32,000 bases of DNA from Pyrodictium abyssi (lineage in GTDB: Archaea > Thermoproteota > Thermoprotei_A > Sulfolobales > Pyrodictiaceae), in assembly GCF_036323395.1 (NCBI RefSeq), contig NZ_AP028907.1, positions 600,001-632,000 of the forward strand, read 5' to 3'. The translations under genes were made by a program, and so were the position numbers. Positions 1 through 9,379 of the stretch are shown here, piece after piece (positions within the stretch are counted from its first letter, which is position 1; every line of letters starts with the position of its first letter). The notes under the pieces are model-generated. The model was not told the origin of the DNA, did no database searches, and worked only from the letters and a program-made list of their open reading frames with translations.

Positions 1-163
1 GGCGTCCTGAAGCTGCTCGACAGGGTGGACTCCAGGGGAGGGCGAGGAGGTGGTTGTAAGTATTAGGGGAGGGATATCCGCTCCATCCTCCGCAGGTATA
101 AGGGGGGCTCTCGGCAAGGCTAGCCTGGAGGAGCTCCTCCGACTAGAGGAGGAGGCACACCCA

Positions 164-298
164 ATGAACCACCTGGTCTACCTAGACACCAGCATCATGC
201 TGAGCATCCTCCTGGAGACAGAGAAGTACCAGGCTGCCCGGCCCAGGGAGCCCCCGGGGGATGCTATAGCAGAAGCACCCTCGTTATCTTCTCGTTGA
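164..298 (+). pseudogene. PIN-domain (VapC-like) toxin N-terminal fragment
   Basis: Translation from the ATG at 164 gives MNHLVYLDTSIMLSILLETEKYQAAR, typical of a PIN-domain first strand and first catalytic Asp (YLDTS). The similarity then stops and the frame ends at 298, far short of a full PIN domain. Confidence 0.5.
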
Positions 299-579
299 CC
301 TCCTGCCTCAGCATAGGCCCGGCTTCGCCCAGCTCCCCCGCTATAAGCTTCTTGTGCAGCGTCGCTATCTTCGTGAGCTTGATCACCGAGTCCACCTTAA
401 GCCCGGTCATAGCGTACTCCGGGTGGCTGCGTGCCACGAGAACATTAGTCTCGGGGTCGTACCCTCTCTAGCCGCGACGAGATAAAGGCCACGACGACGT
501 CCCGGCCGGAGTCGTGGAGCACCAGAGCAGGCCTCAGCTTACGGCTAGAGAGATCCGTAAAGGGGAAGTATATGAGCAC
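264..579 (-). pseudogene. MazF/PemK-like toxin, frameshifted
   Basis: Minus-strand translation reads (V)LIYFPFTDLSSRKLRPALVLHDSGRDVVVAFISSRLE, then needs a frame change near 448-470 to continue PETNVLVARSHPEYAMTGLKVDSVIKLTKIATLHKKLIAGELGEAGPMLRQEVNEKITRVLLL*. The FPFTDL..KLRPALVL and GLKVDSVIKLTKIATL blocks are MazF/PemK hallmarks. Confidence 0.7.
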
Positions 580-728
580 TATCTTACCCTTCCAGGGTCC
601 TCCTCCGTGTAGGCATCCGGCTCCTCCTCGAGGAACTCACGCAGGCTCTCCTCCTGGAGCCGCAGCAGCTCATACTCCTCGACAAGCTCCAGGAACCTGT
701 CAAACTTGTCGCTCACAAGCAACCCCAT
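579..728 (-). CDS. Small acidic, helical protein, candidate antitoxin remnant upstream of the MazF-like toxin
   Basis: Minus-strand frame MGLLVSDKFDRFLELVEEYELLRLQEESLREFLEEEPDAYTEEDPGRVR*. Its stop overlaps the start region of the MazF-like frame. Confidence 0.4.
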   Translation of the reverse strand: MGLLVSDKFDRFLELVEEYELLRLQEESLREFLEEEPDAYTEEDPGRVR

Positions 729-1166
729 AATCCTCTCAATACGCTCCCGGAGCCCCCGGCGGGTCTACACCCCGAGGAACCTCGATGACGATAGTACCCG
801 GCAAAGGAGCAGACACCCCAGCACCCGCGCCCGGATAAGCCTAGCCCACGCGCCACAGCCAGCCCTCGGCAAGTCCGCCAGCCATACTCTGCAAGGATAT
901 ATGGTATCATCACGGTATAGCGTAGCCGGTGTACTATACAGTGGCTAGGAGTAGAAACATACTGCCCTACAGCGAGCGCCTAGGAGCCTGCCCTCCCCGG
1001 GCTAGGCCTGTGTAGCAGGTGGGTCTCCTCCCGGGGGCTCCGTGGGGGCTGTTGGCGGCGCTCCTGGGGGTGCCGGGGCCCGTAGCCCCCGGTGGGCGTC
1101 TCTTGCCGGGTGTGCATGTAGGCCTTTTAGGCTGCCGGTGTACTGGTTCGGGGGTGGTGTACTGGT

Positions 1167-2303
1167 GTGACGCGCTTCCTGCTTATGACGCCGGGCCCGA
1201 CTGTGGTGGACCCGGAGGTCCTCCTGGAGCTCGCCCGGCCGACGGCGAGCCACGTGTCGCCTGAGTTCGACGAGCTGCACCGCGAGACCCTGGAGATGCT
1301 GGGGAGGGTGTTCGGCACCCGGGGGCGTGTCGTGCTCTTCCCGGGGAGCGGTACTGCTGCGATGGAGCTGGCTGTGAGGAGCGCTGTGGGCCCTGGCGAG
1401 CGGGTGCTGGTGCTCCGCGCGGGCGTGTTCGGGGACTACCTGGCCGAGGCGGCTCGGAGCGTTGGGGCTCGGGTCGACGTGGCCAGGGTGGAGCCTGGCA
1501 GGGGGTTTACGGCGTCTATGCTGGAGGAGCTCCTCTCCAGGGCCAGCTACTCCGCTGTACTGTTCCAGCACGTGGACACCTCTACCTCTGTTGCTAACCC
1601 GGTGGCCGAGCTAGCCAGAGTGGCTAGGAGGCACGGCGCCCGGGTCGTGGTCGACGGAGTGGCCTCGATAGGCGGCATGGAGATGAGGATGGACGAGTGG
1701 GGCGTGGACGTATGCTTCACGGGCTCGCAGAAAGCGCTCGCCACGCCGCCGGGCCTAGCAGTGGTGGCGTTCCGCGAGGGCTTCGAGCCCCGCAGGGACA
1801 CCTCTACCGTCTTCTTCAACGTGGAGAAGCTCCTCGCGGAGATGGAGACCACCCGGAACTACTACGTGACGCCCGCTGTGAACCTCGTGTACGGCCTCAA
1901 CAGGTCGCTCCGCCGGATAATGGAGGAGGGGCTCGAGGAGCGCTACCGCCGCCACCGGGCCCTAGCCGAGGCCGTGCAGGCGGGCCTCGAGGCCCTCGGG
2001 CTCCAGCTGGTCGCCGAGAAGCCGTTCCGGGCCCACACGGTCACCGCCGTCTACCTGCCCCAGGGCGTGGAGTGGCAGAGGCTCTACACGGAGGCCCGGA
2101 GGAGAGGCGTAGAGCTGGCCGGGGGCCTCGGCGAGCTGAAGGGCAGGGTGTTCAGGATAGGCCACATGGGGGAGACAAACGCGAACGACGTAGCCGCTAC
2201 TATGGCCGTGCTGGAGCGGGTGTTCGCTAGGCTAGGCTACAGCGTCGAGCTCGGCAAGGGCCTAGAGGCTATGCAGCAGGTCCTAGACCGGCACGGGTAC
2301 TAG
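1167..2303 (+). CDS. Class V aminotransferase (alanine-glyoxylate / serine-pyruvate type)
   Basis: 378 aa. MTPGPTVVDPEVL N-terminus, FPGSGTAAMELAV, and PLP-Lys context CFTGSQKALATPPGLAVVAF. GTG start. Confidence 0.88.
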   Translation: MTRFLLMTPGPTVVDPEVLLELARPTASHVSPEFDELHRETLEMLGRVFGTRGRVVLFPGSGTAAMELAVRSAVGPGERVLVLRAGVFGDYLAEAARSVGARVDVARVEPGRGFTASMLEELLSRASYSAVLFQHVDTSTSVANPVAELARVARRHGARVVVDGVASIGGMEMRMDEWGVDVCFTGSQKALATPPGLAVVAFREGFEPRRDTSTVFFNVEKLLAEMETTRNYYVTPAVNLVYGLNRSLRRIMEEGLEERYRRHRALAEAVQAGLEALGLQLVAEKPFRAHTVTAVYLPQGVEWQRLYTEARRRGVELAGGLGELKGRVFRIGHMGETNANDVAATMAVLERVFARLGYSVELGKGLEAMQQVLDRHGY

Positions 2304-2371
2304 GCCGGGCCCCCGGGGACCCCGGGAGGGGCGTGTGGGGCTGCGGGGGCTGCGGCCCCCGGGAGGGCGGC

Positions 2372-2800
2372 CTAGCCCTCCTCGACTATGAGCTCCTCTC
2401 TTATCTCCGGGTTGATCCTCTTTATGCTCGCGTAGACCGGGCAGCTGTTCTTGACCAGCCTGTATAGCTTCTCCGCTGTGCCGCGGTCTAGCCCGGATAC
2501 GTGTACCCGTATCTCGAGCTGCTCGAGGCCGTGGCCTAGCCGGAACCTGCCGCTGGCCTTTATCCGGACCCTGTAGGGCCTGTCTATGCCTAGCCGGCTG
2601 GCTATCATCCTGAACATGAACGCCTCGCAGGAGGCTAGGCCTGCGAGGAATAGCTCTAGCGGCGTGGGCTTGCCCTGCTCCCCGCCGTACTCTGGGGGCT
2701 CCGAGACCTCTATGGCTGCGCCGTTGCCGGTGCGTACAAGGGCTGCGGGCTTGCCCTGCTCTGCCTCTACGGCTACGGGTGGTATCCGGTGCTCCTCCAT
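2372..2800 (-). CDS. OsmC family protein
   Basis: 142 aa with GGEQGKPTPLELFLAGLASCEAFMF and KNSCPVYASI, the two conserved OsmC cysteine contexts. Confidence 0.85.
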   Translation of the reverse strand: MEEHRIPPVAVEAEQGKPAALVRTGNGAAIEVSEPPEYGGEQGKPTPLELFLAGLASCEAFMFRMIASRLGIDRPYRVRIKASGRFRLGHGLEQLEIRVHVSGLDRGTAEKLYRLVKNSCPVYASIKRINPEIREELIVEEG

Positions 2801-2962
2801 TTCTCTGCTTCACCGCGAACAAAACGATGTTTACGCGAGTTAATATCCGTGGCGTCGTCCAGGCGCCCCCATGCAGCATCCCCCGGGGCATGCTCGACCC
2901 CCATTTTTACCCCGGGGACGCACCAGTACACCTAGTGTAGCCTCTACTCCCGGTGGTTCACC

Positions 2963-3523
2963 GTGCCAGCCCCGAGGCCCATGACCCTAGACGCCCTAGT
3001 CTCCGCGTTCGGCGGCGAGTCCATGGCCCACATGAGGTACCTCGTCTTCGCCGAGATAGCCGAGAGGGAGGGCTTCCCGAACGTCGCGCGGCTCTTCCGC
3101 GCAGTCGCGTTCGCGGAGCAGGTCCACGCCCGGAACCACTTCGAGCGGCTCCGCGGCCTAGACATCGAGGCCAAGGTGGTCGCCGGCGCCCCCTTCGGCC
3201 CCGGCTCGACCAGCGAGAACCTCGAGAAGGCTATACGCGGCGAGGAGTTCGAGGTAGAGGAGATGTACCCGGCCTACATCGCGGTCGCGGAGCAGCAGGG
3301 GGAGCAGCAGGCAGCGCTCAGCTTCCGCTGGGCCCTGGAGGCCGAGAAGACGCACGCCCAGCTCTTCCGCCGCGCCAAGGAGGCCGTGGACCGGGGCGAG
3401 GACCTAGCAGTAGACGGCTACGTGTGGGTGTGCCCAGTCTGCGGCCACACCCACGTGGGCCCCGAGCCCCCGGGCCGGTGCCCGATATGCGGTGCCCCCG
3501 GCGATAGGTACGCCAGGTTCTAG
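2963..3523 (+). CDS. Rubrerythrin
   Basis: Ferritin-like diiron motifs (ESMAHMRY, AEQVHARNHF, EKTHAQLF) plus C-terminal rubredoxin-like VCPVCGHTHVG..CPICGAP. Confidence 0.92.
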   Translation: MPAPRPMTLDALVSAFGGESMAHMRYLVFAEIAEREGFPNVARLFRAVAFAEQVHARNHFERLRGLDIEAKVVAGAPFGPGSTSENLEKAIRGEEFEVEEMYPAYIAVAEQQGEQQAALSFRWALEAEKTHAQLFRRAKEAVDRGEDLAVDGYVWVCPVCGHTHVGPEPPGRCPICGAPGDRYARF

Positions 3524-3628
3524 CCTCCTCCCCCAAGGGGCCGGGGGTTCACTAGGTTCATATAGGGGGTTCTCGGCGGCGGGCTCCCCCGAGGGTCCAT
3601 CTGATAGTATCACCTTTTATCATAGTAC

Positions 3629-6600
3629 ATGGGGCTGTATACGCTGAGCGTGGGGACTGACGCTGCCTTGAAGCCTGGAGGCACAGGCCTGGGCGGGGCC
3701 GGCGGCGTAGAGCCGGCCCGGGGTGTCTACGTTTACTCCTGCCCCAACTGCGGCGGCCCCGTGGGCGACGATAGGCTCCTCCTCGGCCTCCCGTGCCCCC
3801 GCTGCCTCCCAGAGCGCGTGGCCGCGGAGACCCCGCTGGACGTTGCGGAGGCCCTGGCTAAGGCGGGGAGCCTGAGGCGGGGGAGCCCGCTAGAGTTCTA
3901 CGCGCGGGTCGAGAGGGAGGCGCGGGAGGTCGAGGCGCTGTTCGAGAAGGCTACCGGGTCCCGGCTGTGGAGCGCGCAGCGTACCTGGGTGCGCCGCGTC
4001 CTCAAGGGGAAGAGCTTCGCCGCTATAGCGCCGACCGGCGTGGGTAAGACCACGTTCGGCGTCCTCATGGCTGTCTACTTCGCGCTGCGGGGCGAGAAGA
4101 GCTACATAGTGGTGCCAACCACGCCGCTGGTGCGGATGGTCGAGGAGAGGGCCCGGAGGCTAGCGGACGCAGCGGGCGTCCCGGCCCGGATAGTCGCGCT
4201 CCATAGCCGGCTATCGCAGCGGCAGAGGAGGCAGCTGCTACAGCGCGTCGAGGAGGGCGACTTCGACATACTGATAACGACCAGCCAGTACATGATAAGG
4301 AACGCTGAGGCCCTCGCAGGGCTCCGGGAGAGGTGGGGCCGGGGCTTCCGCTTCGTATTCGTGGACGACGTGGACGCGGTGCTGAAGAGCGGTAAGAGCG
4401 TAGACGCGGTGCTACGGGTCGTCGGCTTCGGCCGGGAGGAGGTCGAGCTTGGCTGGCAGCTGCTGCAGCTACAGCGCCGCCTGGTATGGGAGGCACAGAG
4501 GGCGCAGCAGGAGTTCAACAGGAGGCTCCAGCGGCTACGCGAGGCGGCGAGGAAGCGGGGCCGCAGGATAAGCGCAGAGGAGGTCAGGGAGCTGCGGAAG
4601 CGGGTGTTCGAGGAGAGGCTGGAGCCCCTCTACCGGAAGCTACGCGGGGTCGAGGAGAGGCTCGAGGAGGCCCGCTCCAGGGCAGCCGTGCTCGTCGTAA
4701 GCAGCGCCACCGGGAGGCCTAGGGGCAGCAGGGTCAGGCTATTCCAGGCGCTGCTAGGCTTTCAGGCCGGCTCCGCAGGGGAGGCGATAAGGAACATCGT
4801 CGACGCCTACACGTTCCCCGGCCCCGAGGGCCTCGAGGCCACGGTGGCCGAGCTCGTAGCGAAGCTCGGCGATGGCGGCCTAGTCTACGTGCCGGTCGAC
4901 CGGGGCGCCGAGTACGCTGAGAGGCTCGCCGAGCTGCTACGCGAGCACGGCGTGGCCGCCGAGGCGTTCACCTCCCGGAACCAGGAGGCGCTAGACCGGT
5001 TCCGGGCAGGGGAGACCCAGGTCCTCGTAGGCGTAGCCGTCTACTACGGCGTGGCCGTTAGGGGCCTCGACCTGCCGGACAGGATACGCTACGCGGTCTT
5101 CGCCGGTGTGCCCCGGCTAAAGTTCAGCGCCCGGTTCGAGGACCCGCACCCCGTCAGCATGCTCCGCGCTCTAGCGGTCCTAGCCGAGCACGGGCCCAGG
5201 GACGTGGCTGAGCGGGCCCAGGCGCTGCTGGGCAGGCTACGGGGCATCGTGAGGAGGCTGAGCCAGGCCGCGCTCGCCAGGGTCGCGGAGGAGCTGAGGG
5301 GCGAAAGGCCCCTGGAGAGCGACGCCGCCAGAGCCTTCGCGGAGGCGCTGGAGTGGCTCCGCGAGACCATGAGGAGGGAGGACGTCTGGCGGGCGCTGGA
5401 GGAGGCCGACGACATAGCCGTGGTCCGGGAGGGCGACCGCGCCTACATACTGGTCCCCGACGTGGCGACCTACATCCAGGCCTCGGGCAGGACTAGCAGG
5501 CTCTTCGCGGGCGGTATAACCCGTGGCCTAAGCGTCGTGGTGGCCGACGACCCGAGGCTCCTCAACGGCCTCATGAGGAGGACCCGGTGGCTGGTCGAGG
5601 CCGAGTGGAAGAGGTTCGAGGAGCTCGACCTACCGGCTCTGCTGCGGGAGATAAACAGGGACAGGGAGCGGGTCAGAGCCGTCATCGAAGGCAGGGTGAA
5701 GCCGGAGGCCATGGAGCTGGTGAAGACGGCGCTCCTCGTGGTCGAGAGCCCGAACAAGGCCCGCACAATAGCCGGGTTCTTCGGGAGGCCCAGCGCCCGG
5801 CAGATAGGCCCCCTGAGGGTCTACGAGGTCTCCACCGGCGACTACGTCCTACTCGTAGCGGCGAGCGGCGGCCACATCTACGACCTGGTGAAGCCCGCGA
5901 CACCCCAGGAGGTTGTGGAGCCTAGCTGGCTCCTCGACCTCCTAGAGGGCTCGGTGGAGGGCTACGACTGGAGCAGCGCCCGCAACGTGCACGGCGTGCT
6001 CGTAGCCGGGGGCGGTGAGCAGCGGTTCCTCCCGGTCTACACGCCGCTAGCCCGCTGCCTAGCGTGCGGCCACCAGTGGGCGGTGAGCCCCGAGGACTAC
6101 AACCCGGTGACGGGCAGGGGCGAGCTACGCTGCCCGGTGTGCGGCTCGCCGCTGGTGAAGAACAGCTGGGAGATCGTGGAGGCACTCCGGGACCTGGCCA
6201 GCGAAGTAGACGTGGTCATGATAGGCACTGACCCGGACACGGAGGGCGAGAAGATAGGCTGGGACCTGGCCAGCCTGATACGGCCCACAGCCCGGGGCAT
6301 AGTGAGGGTAGAGTTCCACGAGATAACCCGCCGCGCGATACTTGAGGCCATCCACAGCGCCCGCCCGTTCCTCGAGAGGCTAGTCGAAGCCCAGATAGTC
6401 AGGAGGGTCGAGGACCGCTGGATAGGCTTCACGCTGAGCCCGGTGCTCTGGACCCGGTTCTGGCCCTGGTTCTGCCGCTGGAGCCTAGAGGCCCGGCACC
6501 GTAGCGCCCGCCGCAACCTGAAGACCGCGGCAGCTATGCTGAACGCGATGGAGCGGATGGCCCGGCTCCGCGAGGAGTGCAGCAGGCCCAACTACAACCT

Positions 6601-7936
6601 CAGCGCCGGCCGCGTCCAGACCCCGGTGCTCGGCTGGATAGTGGAGCACACGCTGGGCAGCAGGTTCCTCAGGGTACCGCTCTACCGGCTACGCCTACGC
6701 GGCGACCAGGGCGAGCTAGAGGTCGAGCTACGGGGCGACGAGGCTAGCGACAGGATACGCTCCGCGCTGGAGGAGGCCCGGCGGGCGCTCGAAGAGGCCC
6801 TCCGGAGGCACAGCGTGCTAGAGAGCCTCGACGAGCTAGAGGCTGTGCGGCGCCGCAAGGCCCGGGTGATAAGGGAGGTCAACGAGGCCCTAGAGCGCGG
6901 CGGCGCGGTCAAGGCCACTGTGGGCGGCGTGGAGGAGTGGGAGGACGAGCTGAAGCCCCTGCCGCCGTTCACCACCGACGCGCTGCTAGCCGAGGCCGCG
7001 TCGAGGCTCGGCCTACCAGCCCCCGAGGCCATGAGGATCGCCCAGGACCTGTTCGAGCTGGGTCTCATAACCTATCACCGTACCGACAGCACCAGGGTAA
7101 GCGACGCGGGCATAGCCGTGGCTAGGGAGTACCTCCGCTACCGCTACGGCGAGGAGCGGCTCGAGGAGGTGTTCCAGCCCCGGCGCTGGGGCGAGGGCGG
7201 AGCCCACGAGGCGATAAGGCCCACCAGGCCTATCGACGCTGAGACCCTCCGCCGCCTAGTGGAGGAGGGCGCCCTCCAGCTAGCCAGGCCGCTGACCCAG
7301 CGCCACTACCGGCTCTACGACCTGGTCTTCCGCAGGTTCATAGCGAGCCAGATGCGGCCGGCCAGGGTGAGGAGGCAGCGCGCGAGGATAACGCTCGAGG
7401 TCCGGCTGCCCGGCGAGCAGCCCAAGAGCATCGAGCGCGTCGAGGAGAGGATAGTCGAGGTCCTGGAGCCGGGCTGGCTCGACGTCTACCCGGCGGCGAG
7501 GCCGCAGCCCAGGCCAGCCCCTGGCGAGTACCGGCTAGAGGAGCTACGGGTCCGCGTATGGAGCCCAGTACAGCTACTGACACAGGCGGAGGTAGTCCGG
7601 ATGATGAAGGAGCGCGGCATAGGCAGGCCGAGCACCTACGCCAAGATAATAGACACACTGCTACGCCGCGGCTACACCGTTGCAGCCGGCCGGGCCGGCT
7701 CGATGATAGCGACTAGCAGGGGTATAGGCGTCTACGACTTCCTAATGAAGCGGTTCGGCGGCCTAGTCTCGGAGGAGGTGACCCGGAGGCTACAGGAGAC
7801 CATGGACCGTATCGAGGAGGGCCTCGTAGACTACCAGCGCGTCCTAGAGGAGGTCCTAGAGAAGCTCCGCGAAGCCCTCTACAGCCCCGAGAGCGGCCTA
7901 CCCCCGGAGGAGGCCCGCCGCCTACTACCAGTCTAG
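3629..7936 (+). CDS. rgy: Reverse gyrase
   Basis: 1435 aa helicase-topoisomerase IA fusion: N-terminal Zn finger YSCPNCGG..LPCPRC, Walker A APTGVGKTTFG, DDVD box, TOPRIM start VVESPNKARTIAGFF, second Zn finger CLACGH..CPVCG, active-site Tyr GLITYHRTDSTRVS. Confidence 0.98.
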   Translation: MGLYTLSVGTDAALKPGGTGLGGAGGVEPARGVYVYSCPNCGGPVGDDRLLLGLPCPRCLPERVAAETPLDVAEALAKAGSLRRGSPLEFYARVEREAREVEALFEKATGSRLWSAQRTWVRRVLKGKSFAAIAPTGVGKTTFGVLMAVYFALRGEKSYIVVPTTPLVRMVEERARRLADAAGVPARIVALHSRLSQRQRRQLLQRVEEGDFDILITTSQYMIRNAEALAGLRERWGRGFRFVFVDDVDAVLKSGKSVDAVLRVVGFGREEVELGWQLLQLQRRLVWEAQRAQQEFNRRLQRLREAARKRGRRISAEEVRELRKRVFEERLEPLYRKLRGVEERLEEARSRAAVLVVSSATGRPRGSRVRLFQALLGFQAGSAGEAIRNIVDAYTFPGPEGLEATVAELVAKLGDGGLVYVPVDRGAEYAERLAELLREHGVAAEAFTSRNQEALDRFRAGETQVLVGVAVYYGVAVRGLDLPDRIRYAVFAGVPRLKFSARFEDPHPVSMLRALAVLAEHGPRDVAERAQALLGRLRGIVRRLSQAALARVAEELRGERPLESDAARAFAEALEWLRETMRREDVWRALEEADDIAVVREGDRAYILVPDVATYIQASGRTSRLFAGGITRGLSVVVADDPRLLNGLMRRTRWLVEAEWKRFEELDLPALLREINRDRERVRAVIEGRVKPEAMELVKTALLVVESPNKARTIAGFFGRPSARQIGPLRVYEVSTGDYVLLVAASGGHIYDLVKPATPQEVVEPSWLLDLLEGSVEGYDWSSARNVHGVLVAGGGEQRFLPVYTPLARCLACGHQWAVSPEDYNPVTGRGELRCPVCGSPLVKNSWEIVEALRDLASEVDVVMIGTDPDTEGEKIGWDLASLIRPTARGIVRVEFHEITRRAILEAIHSARPFLERLVEAQIVRRVEDRWIGFTLSPVLWTRFWPWFCRWSLEARHRSARRNLKTAAAMLNAMERMARLREECSRPNYNLSAGRVQTPVLGWIVEHTLGSRFLRVPLYRLRLRGDQGELEVELRGDEASDRIRSALEEARRALEEALRRHSVLESLDELEAVRRRKARVIREVNEALERGGAVKATVGGVEEWEDELKPLPPFTTDALLAEAASRLGLPAPEAMRIAQDLFELGLITYHRTDSTRVSDAGIAVAREYLRYRYGEERLEEVFQPRRWGEGGAHEAIRPTRPIDAETLRRLVEEGALQLARPLTQRHYRLYDLVFRRFIASQMRPARVRRQRARITLEVRLPGEQPKSIERVEERIVEVLEPGWLDVYPAARPQPRPAPGEYRLEELRVRVWSPVQLLTQAEVVRMMKERGIGRPSTYAKIIDTLLRRGYTVAAGRAGSMIATSRGIGVYDFLMKRFGGLVSEEVTRRLQETMDRIEEGLVDYQRVLEEVLEKLREALYSPESGLPPEEARRLLPV

Positions 7937-8038
7937 CCCCCGGGGCCCGCCCACAGCCACCCTTTAGCCCCGGAGGACACGGCCAGGAGGCCTATAGGAT
8001 GACCGACCAGTAGTATACCGCCAGGGGGCTGGGCCGCG

Positions 8039-8569
8039 TTGGGCTCCATTGACGCCTCTGTGCTCGAGAAGCCGCTGCCCAAGCCGGAGAGGAGCCTGGT
8101 GGGCTACGCTTCTGCCCGTGTCCTGGAGGCTCTGCTTGAGGCTTTGCTGGCTCTCGAGTTCCTCGAGAGGGGCTACACCAGGAACGCTGCCGGCAAAGCG
8201 TTCCAGGCGTGGCGGGCGCTAATAGCCGCGATACTAGCGCTCGAACGAGACAGAATAGCCGAGAAACTGGGCGATAAGGAGAGGAAATGGCTCCTAGAGA
8301 GGGCTGTGGCAAGGCTCCCGACTACCCAGCTGCGCCCCCTAGCGAGGCTCGTGGAGGAGGCCGGATATCCCTACTACGATCCCCTCACAGACAAGGCTCT
8401 CAACCTCCACGACTACCAGTACCACGGTCCAGACCCCGACATGGCGCTGAGCAAGTATCGTAGCAGGGAGGAGGCGGCCTGGGACATACTCTACATCCTG
8501 GGGAAGCTAGCGGAGATTGTGGAAGAGAGGGTGAAGCCCAGGCTAGAGGAGGAGGGCAAAGTGGGCTAG
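8039..8569 (+). CDS. PaREP1/PaREP8-like (HEPN-type) protein, copy 1
   Basis: 176 aa with VGYASARVLEALLEALLALEFLERGYTRNAAGKAFQAWRALIAAILALERD. Paralogous to the ORF at 26966-27538. Confidence 0.75.
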   Translation: MGSIDASVLEKPLPKPERSLVGYASARVLEALLEALLALEFLERGYTRNAAGKAFQAWRALIAAILALERDRIAEKLGDKERKWLLERAVARLPTTQLRPLARLVEEAGYPYYDPLTDKALNLHDYQYHGPDPDMALSKYRSREEAAWDILYILGKLAEIVEERVKPRLEEEGKVG

Positions 8570-8681
8570 GGAGCATGCCCAGGCGCTGGACATGCTGAGA
8601 AGGGCTCTAGAACGGCGGCCGTAGCGCCGAGTGGCCAGCCCCGGTAGGGTCTACCGCGGGCCGCGGGGGCTCGCCCCGCGC

Positions 8682-9260
8682 CTACCAGCAGGCTACTATC
8701 CGGTAGGTGGGCCGGCGTCCGTCTCTCCAGACGCGCTGCACACGTAGCCCCTTCTCCTCGAGCTCTCCCGCAAGATCGTCTGGGGCCATGAACCTGGCTG
8801 GGAAGCCTGCGAGCCTCTCCAGGAGGGCTATGAGCCTGCCGGCGGGTGTGCCGGGGTCTATGTCGTCTACTAGCATGCACTCTGCCGCCCGGGCGGCTTC
8901 CCGTAGCGCCTCCCCGGGGTCGTCTACGTGGTGTAGCGAGTCGTGGAGCACTGCTAGGCTTGCGGCGTGGCTGCGTAGTGGCAGCTTCTCTGCGACTCCC
9001 TGTACCCGCTCGAGGACGGGGCTGGGGCTCGCTGCTCTGAGGAGGGACTGGTCGGGGTCGAGCGCTATGTAGGCCTGGGGCCGGTGGCCCTCGGCCTCGA
9101 GGGCTCTGGCTAGCAGCGCGTTGGCGGAGCCTATGTCGACGACTACGCGGGGCTTCATGGAGGCTGCTAGGGCTGCTGCCCGCCGGTGTAGCGTTGGCGG
9201 TGCTAGGCGGTAGAGTGCCCGGAGGAGGAGCTGGCCTATCATCCCTCTGGAGCGCCTCAC
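8682..9260 (-). CDS. SAM-dependent class I methyltransferase
   Basis: VVVDIGSANALLARALEAEG (motif I), ALDPD, and PLRSHAASLAVLHDSLHHVDDPGEALREAARA (Methyltransf_11 pattern). Start may be the internal Met (MIGQLLL). Confidence 0.82.
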   Translation of the reverse strand: MRRSRGMIGQLLLRALYRLAPPTLHRRAAALAASMKPRVVVDIGSANALLARALEAEGHRPQAYIALDPDQSLLRAASPSPVLERVQGVAEKLPLRSHAASLAVLHDSLHHVDDPGEALREAARAAECMLVDDIDPGTPAGRLIALLERLAGFPARFMAPDDLAGELEEKGLRVQRVWRDGRRPTYRIVACW

Positions 9261-9379
9261 TTCCCTTAGGGTCTTCCACAGGCGTTAATAATGCTGGCTG
9301 CCCGGGGGCCTCGCAGAGGGTTTAAGGGGGCCCGGGGGGCCACGATGACTCACGGTGATGCCCATTATCCGGGAGGCCT

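Noticed and set aside
1-67. Left-edge plus-strand frame GVLKLLDRVDSRGGRGGGCKY*
   Set aside because: Only the C-terminal ~20 codons of a possible upstream gene. Too short to identify.
3629-7936. Helicase-topoisomerase fusion as a possible novel system
   Set aside because: This is canonical reverse gyrase with both zinc fingers and all expected motifs.
8566-9279. 237-aa antisense ORF opposite the methyltransferase (similar long shadow ORFs at 22454-23218, 22914-23612, 20884-21459, 11434-11928, 1002-1571)
   Set aside because: GC-rich shadow frames, Arg/Pro/Gly/Ala-rich and low complexity, opposite or overlapping well-supported genes. No domain-like content.
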